Origin: Octopus vulgaris
Taxonomy: Eukaryota
DNA: 64,000 bases
Assembly (NCBI GenBank): GCA_951406725.2
Contig: OX597822.1
Location: forward strand, 60,512,001-60,576,000
Direction: 5' to 3'
Below the pieces are notes generated by a model. It was not told the origin of the DNA and did not search any database. It saw only the letters and a program-made list of their open reading frames with translations. Shown here piece by piece: positions 27,000 to 41,639 of the stretch (positions within the stretch are counted from its first letter, which is position 1; each line of letters starts with the position of its first letter). Position numbers and translations under genes: made by a program.

Positions 27000-27653
27000 C
27001 AGGGTGCGGTGAATAAACTGTCGTCCAAATTACGCGATAATGAAAATAACACTTAACATCTTATTTTAACAGATATATTTATCCAAATTACATAAAAGCC
27101 TCTCGAAATACTAAAGAGTACATCTATTATATAAAATCCGTTCTGTCTGTGTGTGTGTCTTCTCGGATCTCTGGCATCCTCCATCCGATTGCTCTCAAAT
27201 TTGATATGTAGATACCGACAATATCAGGGTGTGTATAAGTCTTGAAAAAAATTACAAAAATCGATTCCAGATGAGAATGAGCTCGATAAAGTGAATAGAA
27301 TCGTTTTTCTTTGGAATAGAAAAGAAGTGTATCTTTATTTCTTTTTTGCTGATGTCTCAAATTTAGGTTAAATCAGTGTTTCTCAAAGGGGAGGCCTATG
27401 GGACGGCCGGACAAGTTGTTTTGAGAAAATTTGGTTTAAATGTTTGACAACTCAACACCGTCCATTTGCTCGTTTATTCAATAAAATTGTCATTGGTTTC
27501 AACCACGGCCTCCAGATGACATTGTAATCTGTTGCAACTCTTCTGGATGGTCTCCTTATTTAAGCTGGTCAATGCTGCCATAATCCTTGCCTTCAGTTCA
27601 TCTTTGCTGTTACAAGGAGTTTTGTTTGTTGGTCTTTCGCTCAACTGCGCCCC
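27000..27653 (-). mobile_element. Same maT-like family, 3' end, interrupted by a Helitron-like insertion
   Basis: TIR cagggtgcggtgaataaactgtc after TA. Minus-strand C-terminus TPCNSKDELKARIMAALTSLNKETIQKSCNRLQCHLEAVVETNDNFIE*. Confidence 0.75.
27123..27472 (+). mobile_element. Non-autonomous Helitron-like element (second copy)
   Basis: Shares the 5' ~170 bp and the 3' end (caccgtccatttgctcg) with 1910-2442. Inserted between A and T of the maT element with no target duplication. Confidence 0.75.
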
Positions 27654-27654
27654 T

Positions 27655-27810
27655 ATTTTTCTGTATTCTCATATTTTGATCTGTGATCTATGTACTGTCA
27701 TCCTCTGGCGTTGGCTGATTTTAGTTTGACCGATATATTGTTCTCGACACCCTGAGCAAATTAATACATATATTAGGTTTTTCGAAACACATGTGAAGTT
27801 GCTTTTTACT
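27655..27810 (-). mobile_element. Penelope-like element GIY-YIG endonuclease fragment
   Basis: VKSNFTCVSKNLIYVLICSGCREQYIGQTKISQRQRMTVHRSQI. Confidence 0.85.
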
Positions 27811-28264
27811 ATGATGCACAACATTCCACCTCAAATGAAACTATTACAAGAATTTAGAACAATACCAAACACTACTACTACGACCACAACAACTCACTTT
27901 TAGGTCATTTGACCAACTCCTGTATTTTTCTTTTTCTCTTTCTTTTTCTTCCTCTTCGTGGTCGGGGAGGAAGGATAAGAGGCCTTAGTGCCTAAATGTT
28001 TATTATTTGTAAGAGGCTCAGCGCCTCAATTTGTAATAGACTATTACATTAATTTTGGAACTGAAGTAAGAGATTTAATACCTCGTTTTGTTTTCTTGTT
28101 TTTAAAAAGAAAAATAAAGAACAATGTCTTCGAGAATGCAACAGTCGGCGGGCGTTGTTACTTCTCCCACCAACCATTTCTTTCATTCCATCATCATCAT
28201 GTCCTTGTCCATCCCGCAACTACTCCCTCTATGTACGGCTGTCATAGCCAATAAAATGAAATAA

Positions 28265-28408
28265 AGTAGCTTGCTTACCAACCTCATGGTTCCGGGTTCA
28301 GTCCCGCTGCGTAGCACCTTGGACAAGTGTCTTCTACTATAGCCTCGTGCCGACCAAAGCTTTGTGAGTGGATTTAGTAGACGGAAACTGAAAGAAGCCC
28401 ACTTTATA

Positions 28409-28478
<70 letters not shown>

Positions 28479-28715
28479 ATATATATGTGTGTGTGTGTGT
28501 GCGTGTTTGTCTCTGTGTTTGTCCTCCCAACATCGCTTGATAACCGATGCTAATGTGTTTGCGTCCCTGTAACTTAGTGGTTCAGCAAAAAGGGGTCGAT
28601 AAAATAAGCACTAGACTTACAAAGAATATGTCCCTGGATTGATTTGTTCGACTAAAGGCGGTGCTCCAGTATGGCTGCAGTCAAATGACTGAAACAAATA
28701 AAATAATAAAAGAAT
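28265..28715 (+). mobile_element. SINE family A (5'-clipped)
   Basis: Matches the full copies. Confidence 0.85.
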
Positions 28716-28780
28716 ATTGAAAAGATGATAAACAGCCTTAATCGATTTTCTAACCTTATTGGATCCTCATCAGATGTATA

Positions 28781-28814
<34 letters not shown>

Positions 28815-28832
28815 CATACATACATACATACA

Positions 28833-28861
<29 letters not shown>

Positions 28862-28863
<2 letters not shown>

Positions 28864-29835
28864 GGCAGTCAAACCACTCCTGTTGCAACAAAACAATATC
28901 CCACAATGCATTTGCAGTACCAGTGCTGATCCCAACATTTGGGATACTTGATTGGTCCATAGAGGAAATCCACTCCATAGAAACCAAAACCCGCAAAATC
29001 CTGACAACAACCGGAAACTTCCATAGAAGCAATATTGTTGACAGGCTCTACCTAAGAAAAAATGAAGGTGGTAGAGGCCTGAGATCAGTGCAGACGGCCT
29101 TCGAATGCCGTATGATATCACTCAGGCAGCACCTGCTAAACAACAGCAGCAAAAATAAATATATTAATGCAGTCCTGAAAAGTGAAAGAAATTATGCATG
29201 TGATTAGTAGCTGCCCTAAAATGCCGTCACGTTACTACCTCCCTATGCGGCACGATGTTGTTGCTAAAAAAATTTACAATGCCATCCGCAAGAAAGATTA
29301 TCCTGTAATAAACTTAGAAAATCCCTCTGATATGGAATACATTCATAAACACCAACTCAAGGAATATTGGTGGAATATTCCCATCATAACTTCTGTTAAC
29401 TGTAAGCATAACACGCCGGGTATTGTTATTTGGGACAGGGGTAAAGGTATGTACCATCATAGAGGTTAGCTACCCTGCAGATATAAATATATCTTTGAAA
29501 ATCAAAGAAAAAGAGGATATCTATAGGCAACTGCTTCGAAACCTCCAGTTTCTATATCCAGATAATGAATTCATATTCATACCAATAATAATTAGATTTA
29601 CTTAGTAAACACTAGATTTAGTTTGTAAATGCTTAAAGGAGAATCTGGATAAACTGGGATTTTCAGAAAGAGAAACTGACTGGCTGATTCATACATTATA
29701 AGTCCAATCTGTGAGTGGAACAGTAAAAATATGCAAGGCTTTTCTCGAGATCCAAATGTGAATTTGGTGAAAACCGCCTCCCTCCTCAGGGGAAGATATA
29801 TAACAATTAAAAAATTGAAGAGACACATACATACA
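28862..29835 (+). mobile_element. R4-clade LINE 3' portion, internally deleted
   Basis: NAFAVPVLIPTFGILDW..DRLYLRKNEGGRGL, then HVISSC..RHDVVAK, then HNTPGIVIWD. Flanked by (CATA)n. Confidence 0.85.
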
Positions 29836-30372
29836 TAACACAGATAGTTGCCTGTTTAGGTATATAGCCCGATAGATGTATTATATTTAATTTATCCTAT
29901 AAAAGCAAGAAAAGAATCAATAAATTCTCTATTAAAAAGTATGTCAAGCCTGTTGTATGTGTCGAAGATACACACGATTATAAGACCATATCTAACGATT
30001 TCATGCAAACAGCCTTGTTCGCATCACTGCGTTGATGAGTGCAGACAAGTAAACAATTTGGTTGCATGCTATGTGTGGGGGGGGGGGGCCTGTGTGTGAC
30101 CGAGTGAGTGAGTGAGTGAGTGAGTGAGTGAGTGAGTGAGTGAGTGAGTGAGTGAGTGGGTGGGTGAGTGAGTGAGTGAGTGAGTGTGTATACGTGTGTT
30201 CGTAGGATTGTGTAACATCTATTTCCCACATTCACTCCTGAACATATAGGTCTAGAAACTAAGAATTTTTCTCTCTCACTCTTTCTCTTTATCTGTATAT
30301 ATGTGCATGCACACATACATACATACATACATACATGCATGCATACATACACATACATATACATACATGAAT

Positions 30373-30481
<109 letters not shown>

Positions 30482-30821
30482 TGTGTATGTATGCGTGTAT
30501 GTGTATGTATGTAATATGTATGTTCTCTTCTGTTTTTCATTATTTAAATTCTTCCCGTAAGGAAGAAGTTGGTTCCTAACAAAGATAGAAGGCTCCATCG
30601 CTGGAAAGTAGATAACAAAAACAATGTCACATTTTAACTTTTAGTATACTGAGAAAATTCTTGCATATTTTTACTGTTCCCCTCACGGATTGTAATTGTA
30701 ATATACGAGTCAGCTGGTCGATTTCTAGCTTATCTAGATTGTCGTTTAGGCATTTTCTCACAAAACCTTAGCTCAGTCGAGCATTTATTCACAAATAACC
30801 AATATAATTTATTTGTATATT

Positions 30822-31108
30822 AAATTATATTGGTTATTGACAATTTGTCTATTTTCGGCTTATTTGGCATTAGAATTTTTTCTTTTGCCCTTGTTTTATA
30901 AGTTATTTATAAATTTAACCTTTAAAGGTATTTTTTAATATGCTGGCCATTGATAAAAATTTTTCGAAAAGTTTTATCAATGGCCAGCATATTAAATATA
31001 CCTTTAAAGGTTAAATTTATAAACAACTTATAAATGAGGGCAAACGAAAAAAATTTCTAACGCCAAATATGCCGAAATTAGACACATTGTCCATTACCAT
31101 TGTAATTT
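30822..31108. repeat. Spacer-less foldback palindrome with ~140-bp arms
   Basis: Centre ttttcgaaaa at 30961-30970. The arms are near-perfect close to the centre (taaatttaacctttaaaggtat..aatatgctggccattgataaaa). Confidence 0.9.
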
Positions 31109-32043
31109 TTCACAATACGCACGCTACTCCAAAAAAGGTCGACAGAAATTTCTAAAAAATTCCATGTGTGTGTACGTGCATGTATGCGTTTTTGTGTGCA
31201 TATGTGTTTGCTTGTGTGTGTGCTCGCTCGCGCTCGTATATGTGTGTTGTGTGTATGTGTGTACGTGCGAGCTTGCGTATGTACATTTGAATTTATAAAG
31301 AAGAAGGAAAATTAATACTGAATTACAGTTTAATGATTTGTTATAGGGTTGGCATTACTCGTAATTTTGCAAATCGTCAACGATCACACAACTAATGGCT
31401 AAATTTGAAAGCACTGAGTATGTGACAAAATATCCTGGAGAACGTCAATATGAAAAATTATAATAAAATACCGTTCATCTAGAACGGCAAGAAAAGGAAG
31501 AAAAGGAAAATTAAGAAAGTTAACAAAATTTAAATGTTAGTACGTTAAAACAATGAAGTGCAAGAGCGCACATAAAAGCCCGCATACAACATACACACAT
31601 AAGTTCTAGCAGATACACACACATGCATTTCTACGTCGTTACCATTTATCAGCAACGAGTCATCGTTTATGATCTCTGGTCACTCGTATATTAGAAGAGT
31701 AAATGGTATATTTGCTGATGTATGAAAAGCTTTGTCAAGCTGAGAGAAATTAATTAAAGGTGCACAAAACAGTGTTGATTGAAATACACTTATGTAAAGT
31801 CTTATTTAACATGCTGGTGTACTTTCAGACATGGAAAAACAATACGCTACACAAGTTTTCTCGAGAGAAGAAATTCTCCTTTAAGACAATATGTGTGTAA
31901 ACACAGTAGGAGGCCATGAATGACGTCACCCCGTAGGACGTACGTTTCTGTGTCGTTATGCTTCATCAGCTGACTATACTGAGAATTTTTCACTCGAATT
32001 TCTTCTCTGCAGCGTATTGTCTTTCCATACCCGAATGTACCCT

Positions 32044-32231
32044 AGGCGTAGGAGTGGCTGTGTGGTAAGTAGCTTGATTACCAACCACATGGTTCCGAGT
32101 TCAGTCTCACTGCGTGGCACCTTGGGCAAGTGTCTTCTACTATAGCCTCGGGCCGACCAAATCCTTGTGAGTGGATTTGGTAGACGGAAACTGAAAGAAG
32201 CCCGTCGTATGTATGTATATGTATATATGTA

Positions 32232-32321
<90 letters not shown>

Positions 32322-32515
32322 TCCCCCAACATCGCTTGACAACCGATGCTGGTGTGTTTACGTTCCCGTAACTTAGCGGTTCGACAAAAGAGACCGATAG
32401 AATAAGTACTAGGCTTACAAAGAATAAGTCTTGGGGTCGATTTGCTCGACTAAAGGCGGTGCTCCAGCATGGCCGCAGTCACATGACTGAAACATGTAAA
32501 AGAGTAAAAGAGTAA
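32044..32515 (+). mobile_element. SINE family A, full length
   Basis: ggcgtaggagtggctgtgtggtaag head, ccttgggcaagtg (CORE-like) block, internal (TA)/(GA)/(GT)n and (taaaagag)n tail. Confidence 0.92.
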
Positions 32516-33899
32516 CATGTTAAACATGACTGTACACAACCATACTTTTAAAGTATCTCAAGGGAGTTTCTCGAATCTTTGCCCTTACTTAACAACATGG
32601 TTGCCTTCAGCAGAAAACTATGAGGAACAATATCGAATGATTTACAATAATCGATGTATAAACAAATGCTTTTTTTCTATTTTGACGCATGTTTTGCCAG
32701 AGTTATATTGATCAAGAATTGATTCATTAAGTAAATGATTTTTTTTTTTTTCTTTTTAGTACAACTACCTTCACATCCATACTTTAAAAGAAAGTCATGT
32801 TCCTTAGGAAGAACATTGTTATTTCAAGAATTTCATTTATTCCTTTATTGAAATATGACGTGAAAACTTTGTACAAGGTAGGCAGGTAAGTGTTTGATCT
32901 GTAACATCGGCGGCTGATTATATTAATGCATTTTCCTTATAAGTATCATACATTACAATTTATATATTTATATATATAGCATCCATCACTTACCTAAGTA
33001 CATAGACAGGAATACTATTAGTTGTTTCAACCAGAAACGTTGAACAGATTTTTATTAGGTGTTATTGAATTAACCACTGCTTGTTATTGTTTTTACTTAC
33101 CTCCAATTCAATTTTAATCCAACAGACCTATGTTAAGAGGTGTTCCTGTTGTAAAATAAAAAAAACCTGCCGTTTATAGTTAGGAGTACATGATATGATC
33201 GCTTTGTCTTTTTGTTTGTTTTTTGGGTTTTTTTTTTTTTTTGTTCTTTAGACGACCGGGGGTAATTCCAGAGAGATTGGTTGCTGCTGTTTTAAACAGA
33301 TCAAGGGACCATGTTCATTCCATTTTGTTGATACATCAGGGACGTTACTTCAATTAAATATCCATGCTGCTAACTAGTAGATTTCATCAGTTGTTAGGTC
33401 TTTCTACCTTCGTGGATTTTTATTCCTACGGTTATTGTTTTGTGTTATTTTTCTCTATTATGTTCCTCTCTTTAGTTCAGTCTGCCTTGGTGTTACGTAG
33501 TTTGTCAATTTTCTTAGCTATTTTTTCTTAAATTTTTTTACTACACAACCAATTACACCACTTTGCTGCCGAGTTGTGTACAGCATTGTCTGATGGTCTT
33601 CATGATATACTACGCTTGTTCTATTTCGTTATAGAGTTTGTATTGCTACCTCTAGTAACACTTTAGTGATTCGTCTTTGTTCTGATGCGATGTAAATGAT
33701 ATTATTGAGAAACGATTGTGTTTCCAATGTGTTGCGGGAGTTGTGCTACGTGTTACAGTACCGAGTCGTGATTATGTAGAATATCTGAGTTTTGATTAGT
33801 TTTATGGTGTTAATGTTATTGTTATTGTTGTTGGTGTTGGTTTTGTTATATAACCCACAGATGTTATATATCCCACAGATGGCCAGACAGCAAGACTTA

Positions 33900-34138
33900 A
33901 TCGGTTGTCAAGCGATGTTGGGGGGACAAACACAGACACACAAACATATACACACATACATATATATACATATATACGACGGGCTTCTTTCAGTTTCCGT
34001 CTACCAAATCCACTCACAAGGCTTTGGTCGGCCCGAGGTTATAGTAGAAGAGACTTGCCCAAGTTGTCACGCAGTAGGACTGAACCCGGAACCATGTGGT
34101 TGGTAAGCAAGCTACTAACCACACAGCCACTCCTACGC
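33900..34138 (-). mobile_element. SINE family A 5' portion
   Basis: Reverse complement of 32044-32345. Confidence 0.85.
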
Positions 34139-34805
34139 CACGCATTGTTTAACCAATTGACCATCTGCGGCCCACTGGGAAGCTAGCTTCTTTATTCCAT
34201 CAAATTTGCCATAAAGACGTTACATAGGTAGAAGCAAGTGCGGGCTGGACACAGACACAATGATGATGATGATGGAATGAAAAAAGAGATGGTTGGTGGA
34301 GGAAGCAGCCAACGCCCGTCGATTGTTACTTCCCGATAACATTGTTCTTTTAAAAAAAAAACACACACAAAAAAAAGATAATTATATTCTTCCTTAGTAA
34401 AGGAATCCATTACCCTATAGAAGTAGTTTTCCTCTATGAGCTTCGCAGCCACCAGCGGAGGCCAATCCGGGCTATCAATGCAGGTCAGGACCGCCTGTTC
34501 CCGACCTTCAAAATTCCTTACAAAGTTCTTTACGGCCCCTCCCTTAAAAAAGAAGATCACTAATTCCACAGTCACACCTGCACCTATGTATATTAATATT
34601 GTTTTAAATGCTTGGAAAACTTTATCATGAATAAAAGAAGGTACATTTTATCAGGCTTTTACAATCTTATCGTCCATTGCCAAGACGCATATTTTGATGA
34701 AATTTCAATACTGTCGTCATTTTATTCATGATAAATCCTTCAGGCCATTTTCTTTTTGATTTTTAATATATACATACAGACAAATATATATACATGTGAA
34801 AGTAG

Positions 34806-34870
<65 letters not shown>

Positions 34871-35289
34871 GATGTGCTTCGTACTATTCACGTGGAAACT
34901 GTGATCGGACATGATATTCACGGTAGTTGGACCTTACAAAAAAATCTTCCTGTCATATTAAAGATTAATCGGCTTGTAGCATACGATGGTGAATAAGTTA
35001 ATGATAATGAAGTGATTTTGTGTACTATGATATTAGTGGGTTGTGCAATAGCATTGCCAATGGGTTAATAGTACATATAGTAGTCTTTTTCATGAATGTT
35101 TTACTGTTTTCTACAGCGAAAATACTGTTCTATTTTCATTCGTACTACGTCCAAGTATGTTTAGAAACCACAACTTTTTAGTTCCTGATTTTTGCCATTC
35201 ACTACAGATGTCATACCGCTTTATTTCATTGTCATTCCACGTGTATCAAGTTCGACGCTTGTCATAATGCTCTCTCTTTCTTTTCTCTC

Positions 35290-35690
35290 TCTTCTACTTG
35301 TTTCAGTCATTTGACTGCGGCCATGCTGGAGCACCGCCTTTAGGCAAGCAAATCGACCCCGGGACTTATTCTTTGTAAGCCTAGTACTTATTCTATCGGT
35401 GCTCTTTTGCTGAACCGCTAAGTTACGGGGACGTAAACACACCAGCATCGGTTGTCAAGCGATGTTGGGGGGGGGGACAAACACAGACACACAAGCACAC
35501 ACACACACACACATGTACATATACATACATACGACGGGATTCTTTCAGTTTCCGTCTACCAAATCCACTCACAAGGCTTTGTCGGCCCAAGGCTATAGCA
35601 GAAGACACATGCCCAACGTGCCACGCAGTGGGACTGAACCCGGAACCATGTGGCTGGTAAGCAAGCTACTTACCACACATCCACTCCTGC
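35290..35690 (-). mobile_element. SINE family A, full length
   Basis: Reverse complement of the 32044 copy. Confidence 0.9.
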
Positions 35691-36284
35691 TCTTTCTAAA
35701 ATGCTTGACGAAATTAAGGAGCTATCAATCTAGGGACCATTTACAGCATTCCATTTTAAATGATGATTAAGATATCATGAGTTTATTCATCTCTCTCTCT
35801 CTCTCATTCTTTCTTTCTTTCTCTCTCTCTCTCTCTCTCCCTCTCTTTCTTTCTTTCTCTGTCTCTTTCTCTTTGTATTTTCTATTAGTCAAATGAAGGT
35901 AGCCAGATGAGAATGAAATTAAACAAAATTGAGACAGATAAATTGAGGCAAAAATCATCTTTTGGCGACTGGAGGTTACTGTTTACAATTTTTTTCGCTG
36001 TTGTTTTAAAGAAGGTAGCTATGCTGACAGCAGATTGATTCACTTCCATCATTTTGCTCAACTAATCTGATGGTGAACTTCTAATCGATCAGTGAACTTC
36101 TAATCGATCAAAGAACATGACAAGCTCGTTCTGCATATTTTCGAAACATCCACAATCTTCTGAACAAGGAACTGGTTAAGTCTCTCGAAGGTCTCTAGGC
36201 GTGTACTACTTCTGCTCCAAATGTTATATACGTACATACATACGTACCTACGTACATACACGCTCGCGCGAGCATTCATGCATT

Positions 36285-36327
<43 letters not shown>

Positions 36328-36456
36328 GTGTGTGTGTGTCTGCAATACATACGTACGTACGTACATACATACATATATACATACATACACGCGCGCGCGC
36401 GCATTTTTCATACATATATACCCACATAAATGCGTGTTTGTGTGTGTGTGTGTGTT

Positions 36457-36520
<64 letters not shown>

Positions 36521-38026
36521 GTGTGTGTGTGTGTGTGTGCCTGTGTTTGTGTAATATGGTGAAGACTCGTTTATAAACTACCGGCAGACAAGACATTGAT
36601 TGTGAATCATGTATTGGTGCATTTTGTGTGATTATTCCTGTCCTACCAGTGAGAAGTCAGCTTAGATATTTGGTCTTCATTCTTTACGAGAGTGATAGAG
36701 GTAAACTTTGAGTGGCAATGCCATATCTTAAATGACAATCACCTGAATATTATGAATGCATGACATTTCCATATTCCAAAACAAACTAAAGTCTCAGATT
36801 AGATACTGTATTGCTTTTAAGAGATGCTTTTTCAATTTCTATTGTTGCTATGTATCCTAATCAGCTATTATATTTCTTATTGTTCCCCTGTAGATAAACA
36901 AATTATAGGCATTTCACCTGGATAATTAACAAGATTAATAATATTTCTAAGTTTCAATAGACTGACGTACATTAGCAACAATAGATTAATCTGCGCGCAA
37001 TAATCCCTTCGTTGCTTTTGTCTTTGAAAAGACAATTCGTATACTGAAGAAAATTGTCTTACCATAACTGAAAAATCTTACCAAACAAAGAAAACCAATT
37101 TGTCCTATTTTAGTTTCTGTTGGTTTTAATGAAATTGCTTTTCGTAATGTTATTGTTGCTCTTGGGATCGCTCTTGTTATGGCTTTTTCCCGTTTGAATG
37201 TACGAAGTTCCATATTAAATGACTTATATATATATATAGTAAACATAATTAGAAAATTGTTAAGAAATCTTCGGCTAAAATGATTTGTATTATTAACGCT
37301 GACGACAGAATTTTGTTTGCCTTAATCTTCATTAGAAACGCACACACATGCACACTCACACACACATTCACACATACATACACATACATGCATATATATT
37401 CATACGTACATATGAACATGCATGTACATATAAATGCACGTATATACACACATACGTACGTACGTCTGCACGCACGTGACTGTGGGGGGTATGGGTGCTT
37501 GTGTGGGTGGGTGGGCGCGTTGCTTGAGTGTGTGTATGTGTGTGTGTATCAATAATACAGATTTGTTATCGAAGTTAGAAGTTGATAGCTAACTTCCTCT
37601 TTTTCACGCAGATGAGGAGTCAGTTTGTCTTAACGTCATCGCATCAGAGCTTATTCCTGATCATCTACATTATATTCTGGACTCTTTCCTATCGCATTCT
37701 CCTCACTGGCATAGATGTTTTTAAAATTCCATATTTGGTAATTATTTTCAATAACTGCGTAAATTGCAATTGTAGGTAACGTTAAGTATTCTACTTAGAG
37801 ACAATATTCAACAGCTGCACTGCAGCTGGTTGTTTAATGCCTTTCTCAGTCCTCTACTTCATCCTCAACATTTACAAGTGAATATTAAACTGATCCAAAG
37901 CTTTCATCGGCTTCCTATGGAGAAAACCAAATGAAAATTTGCTCAAAATATTTACCTTTATCAATCGTGAGCTTATATACATAAGGTACTCAGTTTTGTT
38001 TTATTTATCGTTGAATGAATATATTA

Positions 38027-38592
38027 TTGGGTTGTCCGGAAAGTCCGTGCCGATTTATAGTAGCTTACATTTCGACTTATTTTAGAACATGGTTGAGTCC
38101 ATAAAATAGGATTTGACTACACCTCCATTTAGAGCACAGTTTAAGCTATCTTTTCGTGGAAGAAGGTTTATGTTCCTATAACCTGTGTTAATTCTGTAAC
38201 CCTTTAAAATGGAAGATAAGAAAGTTCATTTTCGGCACTTGATGATTTGGCAACCGGACAAAAATTGCTGCAGCTCGGCTGGGATGTGTTACCCCACCCT
38301 CCATATTCCCCAGATATTGCTCCTTCGGATTTCCAGTTATTCAGGTCTCTGCAGAATAGCCTTAATGGTAAAAATTTCAATTCCTTGGATGACGTAAAAA
38401 GATAGCTTGATGAATTCTTTGCCATTAAACCACCTCAATTCTGGGAAGAGGGTATTTTCAAGTAAAAGCAAATATGGAGAAGCATTGAGCAACAAAATGG
38501 TTCATATTTGGTGGATTAAAAATGTAATGGCAAGTATTTATTAACCTTTATCTTTCTTTTAAAAATCGGCACAAACTTTCCGGACAACCCGA
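38027..38592 (+). mobile_element. Internally deleted mariner (mellifera-like) with both TIRs
   Basis: TIRs ttgggttgtccggaaagtccgtgccgattt / aaatcggcacaaactttccggacaacccga with TA flanks. MEDKKVHFRHLM is fused to QLGWDVLPHPPYSPDIAPSDFQLFRSLQN. Confidence 0.92.
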
Positions 38593-39934
38593 TAGAATAA
38601 TGATACCTTATTCTTTGTCAAGACGTTATTCTGTTGGGAGAAACTTTTTGCAAAAATGACTGTTCACTATTCTCGAATCAAGAAAGCTTGGAGCAATATA
38701 ATTCAGTACTCTGCAGTAGCGAACAACACAAGTGTTAACCACCGAAGAGTCTGTTACCGGGACAACATAAGCGGATAGTCTTGGATTAGTTTAAATATGA
38801 GTTAAAGAATTTCAAATAACTGAACGGCATAATAGTGACCTGGCAAGATTGATGGTGTTTGAGTACATTCTTGTTTTGTCGTTGGAACTAAGGCTTTTCT
38901 CATTTTTAAATGTTGCACTCACTAGTGACAAAATAATGTCCTGAGTTTGGAGCAATTCGTTATAAGAGCGATTTAATGACCGGATGTTGAGAAATAGCTG
39001 AATTGTAGCCATTAATTTCACCTGGCGCCGGAATCGCTTCTGCTGCTATAGTGGGTTGATACGGAACGAGAAGGCTGTCAAGCCTGATGTTGATTACTTA
39101 TAAACACTATATATTTCTATGGCGGTTTACTAAGACCAAACGAAATACCGTTAACTCAACGATCATTTCAACAAAACACGATATTAACAAAATTTGGGGC
39201 ATTTAAGATTTTCCGATTATGTATAAACAACCTGGTAGTATGAAATTGATATCATTTACTTGGTTGCTATCGTAATCATTAAGTTGCTGCAATTATTTAT
39301 TAGTTTGTATTGTTCAGTCATTCATTCGTTAGTTAAATTATTCATCTATAGTTTTCTAACATAGTAATCTATCTCAGAATCTATACATCATAAATAGTGA
39401 ATGGCCCACAAGCTACAATATATTAGACCCAGCAATACAATTGCAATTCGTCACCAGTACTTTTTCCGTCTGAAATTGTACTTCCTCATTGTACTTATTT
39501 ACTGCTATACGAAACGAGTTAGTGTGAATTAAGTATTTGCATTCTGTCGATTACGAGTTGCAACGCTCCTTCATGAGCAGTTTGTCTAAGTAAACACTTA
39601 TTCGAGTGTCATAATCAAGAACTGCCAAACAACACGTAAAACCACACTGTCTATAAGCGTTCTACTGACAACTTCGATTCCTACTGATGAGTATATTACA
39701 TATTTATTCGTCAAAACTTCAGTTTTATGATTAGGCTGCTAATTATTGTACATTCGTGGACATTGTTATAAGAAGTTCCATTTGCGTGCACATGGTTCTG
39801 GTCCCATTTCACTGCACAGCATTTTGAGCAAAGAACCCGTACTCTATTCTCGTGTTGACCGTTACCTCAGGAGTGAAATTTGGAATACGGAAACTGTACG
39901 TAAGCCCGTTGTATACGTACACACACACACATAC

Positions 39935-39970
<36 letters not shown>

Positions 39971-39976
39971 GCATGC

Positions 39977-40250
<274 letters not shown>

Positions 40251-41639
40251 TTTTTCTGCATTGCGAGAGATATTCGCCTGTCATTCTTGTCGTTAATGAT
40301 GCTTTGAACCTGCCTCACTTGTTAGTAACCTGCACACAACGGACTGCGATATAAAATAAAATGGAATATGTTGACCATTGAAACTTGTTTTTGTCATCCA
40401 GTTCGTTTTTCTGTCGTTGATGCTGATATTGTTCTTGCTATTATCTTTCATTTCTTTAACATATTCAAATAATTCTTTCGTTTCGTTTCATTGTTCTGAA
40501 ATTACCAAAAAAAAAAGTTGTAAAGTGGAGTGATATTATCAAGAAACTTGGAAGGCTTTAGGTGTAACACTGAAAAAGAACTTCGAGTTTGATGCCGACA
40601 ATTTACGAAATCCAACGATAGAATTATGCCTGTTGTTACTTGAAGGAAAAGCAAACAGCAACTGCTTCGCATTGAATGAAATATAGACCTTAAGGTGAGT
40701 TTTGTTAACATTAATAATCATAATAATTTTCTCATTTGCACTGTACTATTAAATTTTAATGGCTCAGAGGATTCTATGCAATTCTAATCGACTGTAATCT
40801 ATACCCTTGCGATTGACGTTACGTTGGCCTCATGATTCTGCACTGAGCGATGTGTTGTGTCTTTGAGCAAGATATTTCATTTCACGTTACTCAGTCTTAC
40901 TCAGCTGAAATGAGTACTGCTCTACTGTTGGTGCAGCCCTCTCTTCTTTCTCTCTCTCTCTTCGTCGTCGATGTTCCACTGTTTCAGGATAGGAGACCCG
41001 AGATGAGGCACCTAAAGCGAAAGAATGGTGAATGCTACCAAATCACAATCGCTTGCGAATGACGGCTAGTTTTTTGTTTGTTTGTTTTTTTTACCTTCCT
41101 CATACAAATAAACATTTGCCTGTATTTATTTTATACTAGCAAACATTTCAACTTGTTTGATGAAAAACAAAAAACACATTGTTAACGTCTATGTTACAGT
41201 AAGGAGTGTCTACCATTGAGATGTTTTGCCAAATAATTGAGCCAATCCTTGTAAAAGAATTGAGCTGAGTCGATCTGAGTGGCTTATTTACCGACTGGGG
41301 AATAATTTGGCATAATACATTTGTAATACATGTCGAGCATCTTTACGGCTTTAAGAGGCATTTAATTATTTATTACTTTTCTTGCTTTATTGTTTCCTCA
41401 AATATTGCTAGATTACATCTACCATGATTTATTATTAAAACATCATGTGTATTTGTGAGTAGTTATCTGCTTTTGTCTTTTCCAAAATGCTTAAATATTA
41501 ATATAATTCTATTTTCTACTTCTCCAATCGGTAAGGTGCGAAGTCTAGTAATTAGGAGTGTTAAGCTCATGTTCGTAAAGGTGTGGGTTCTGAATAGAAT
41601 CCACATCCTTACGATCATGAGTTTAACACTCCTAATGTC

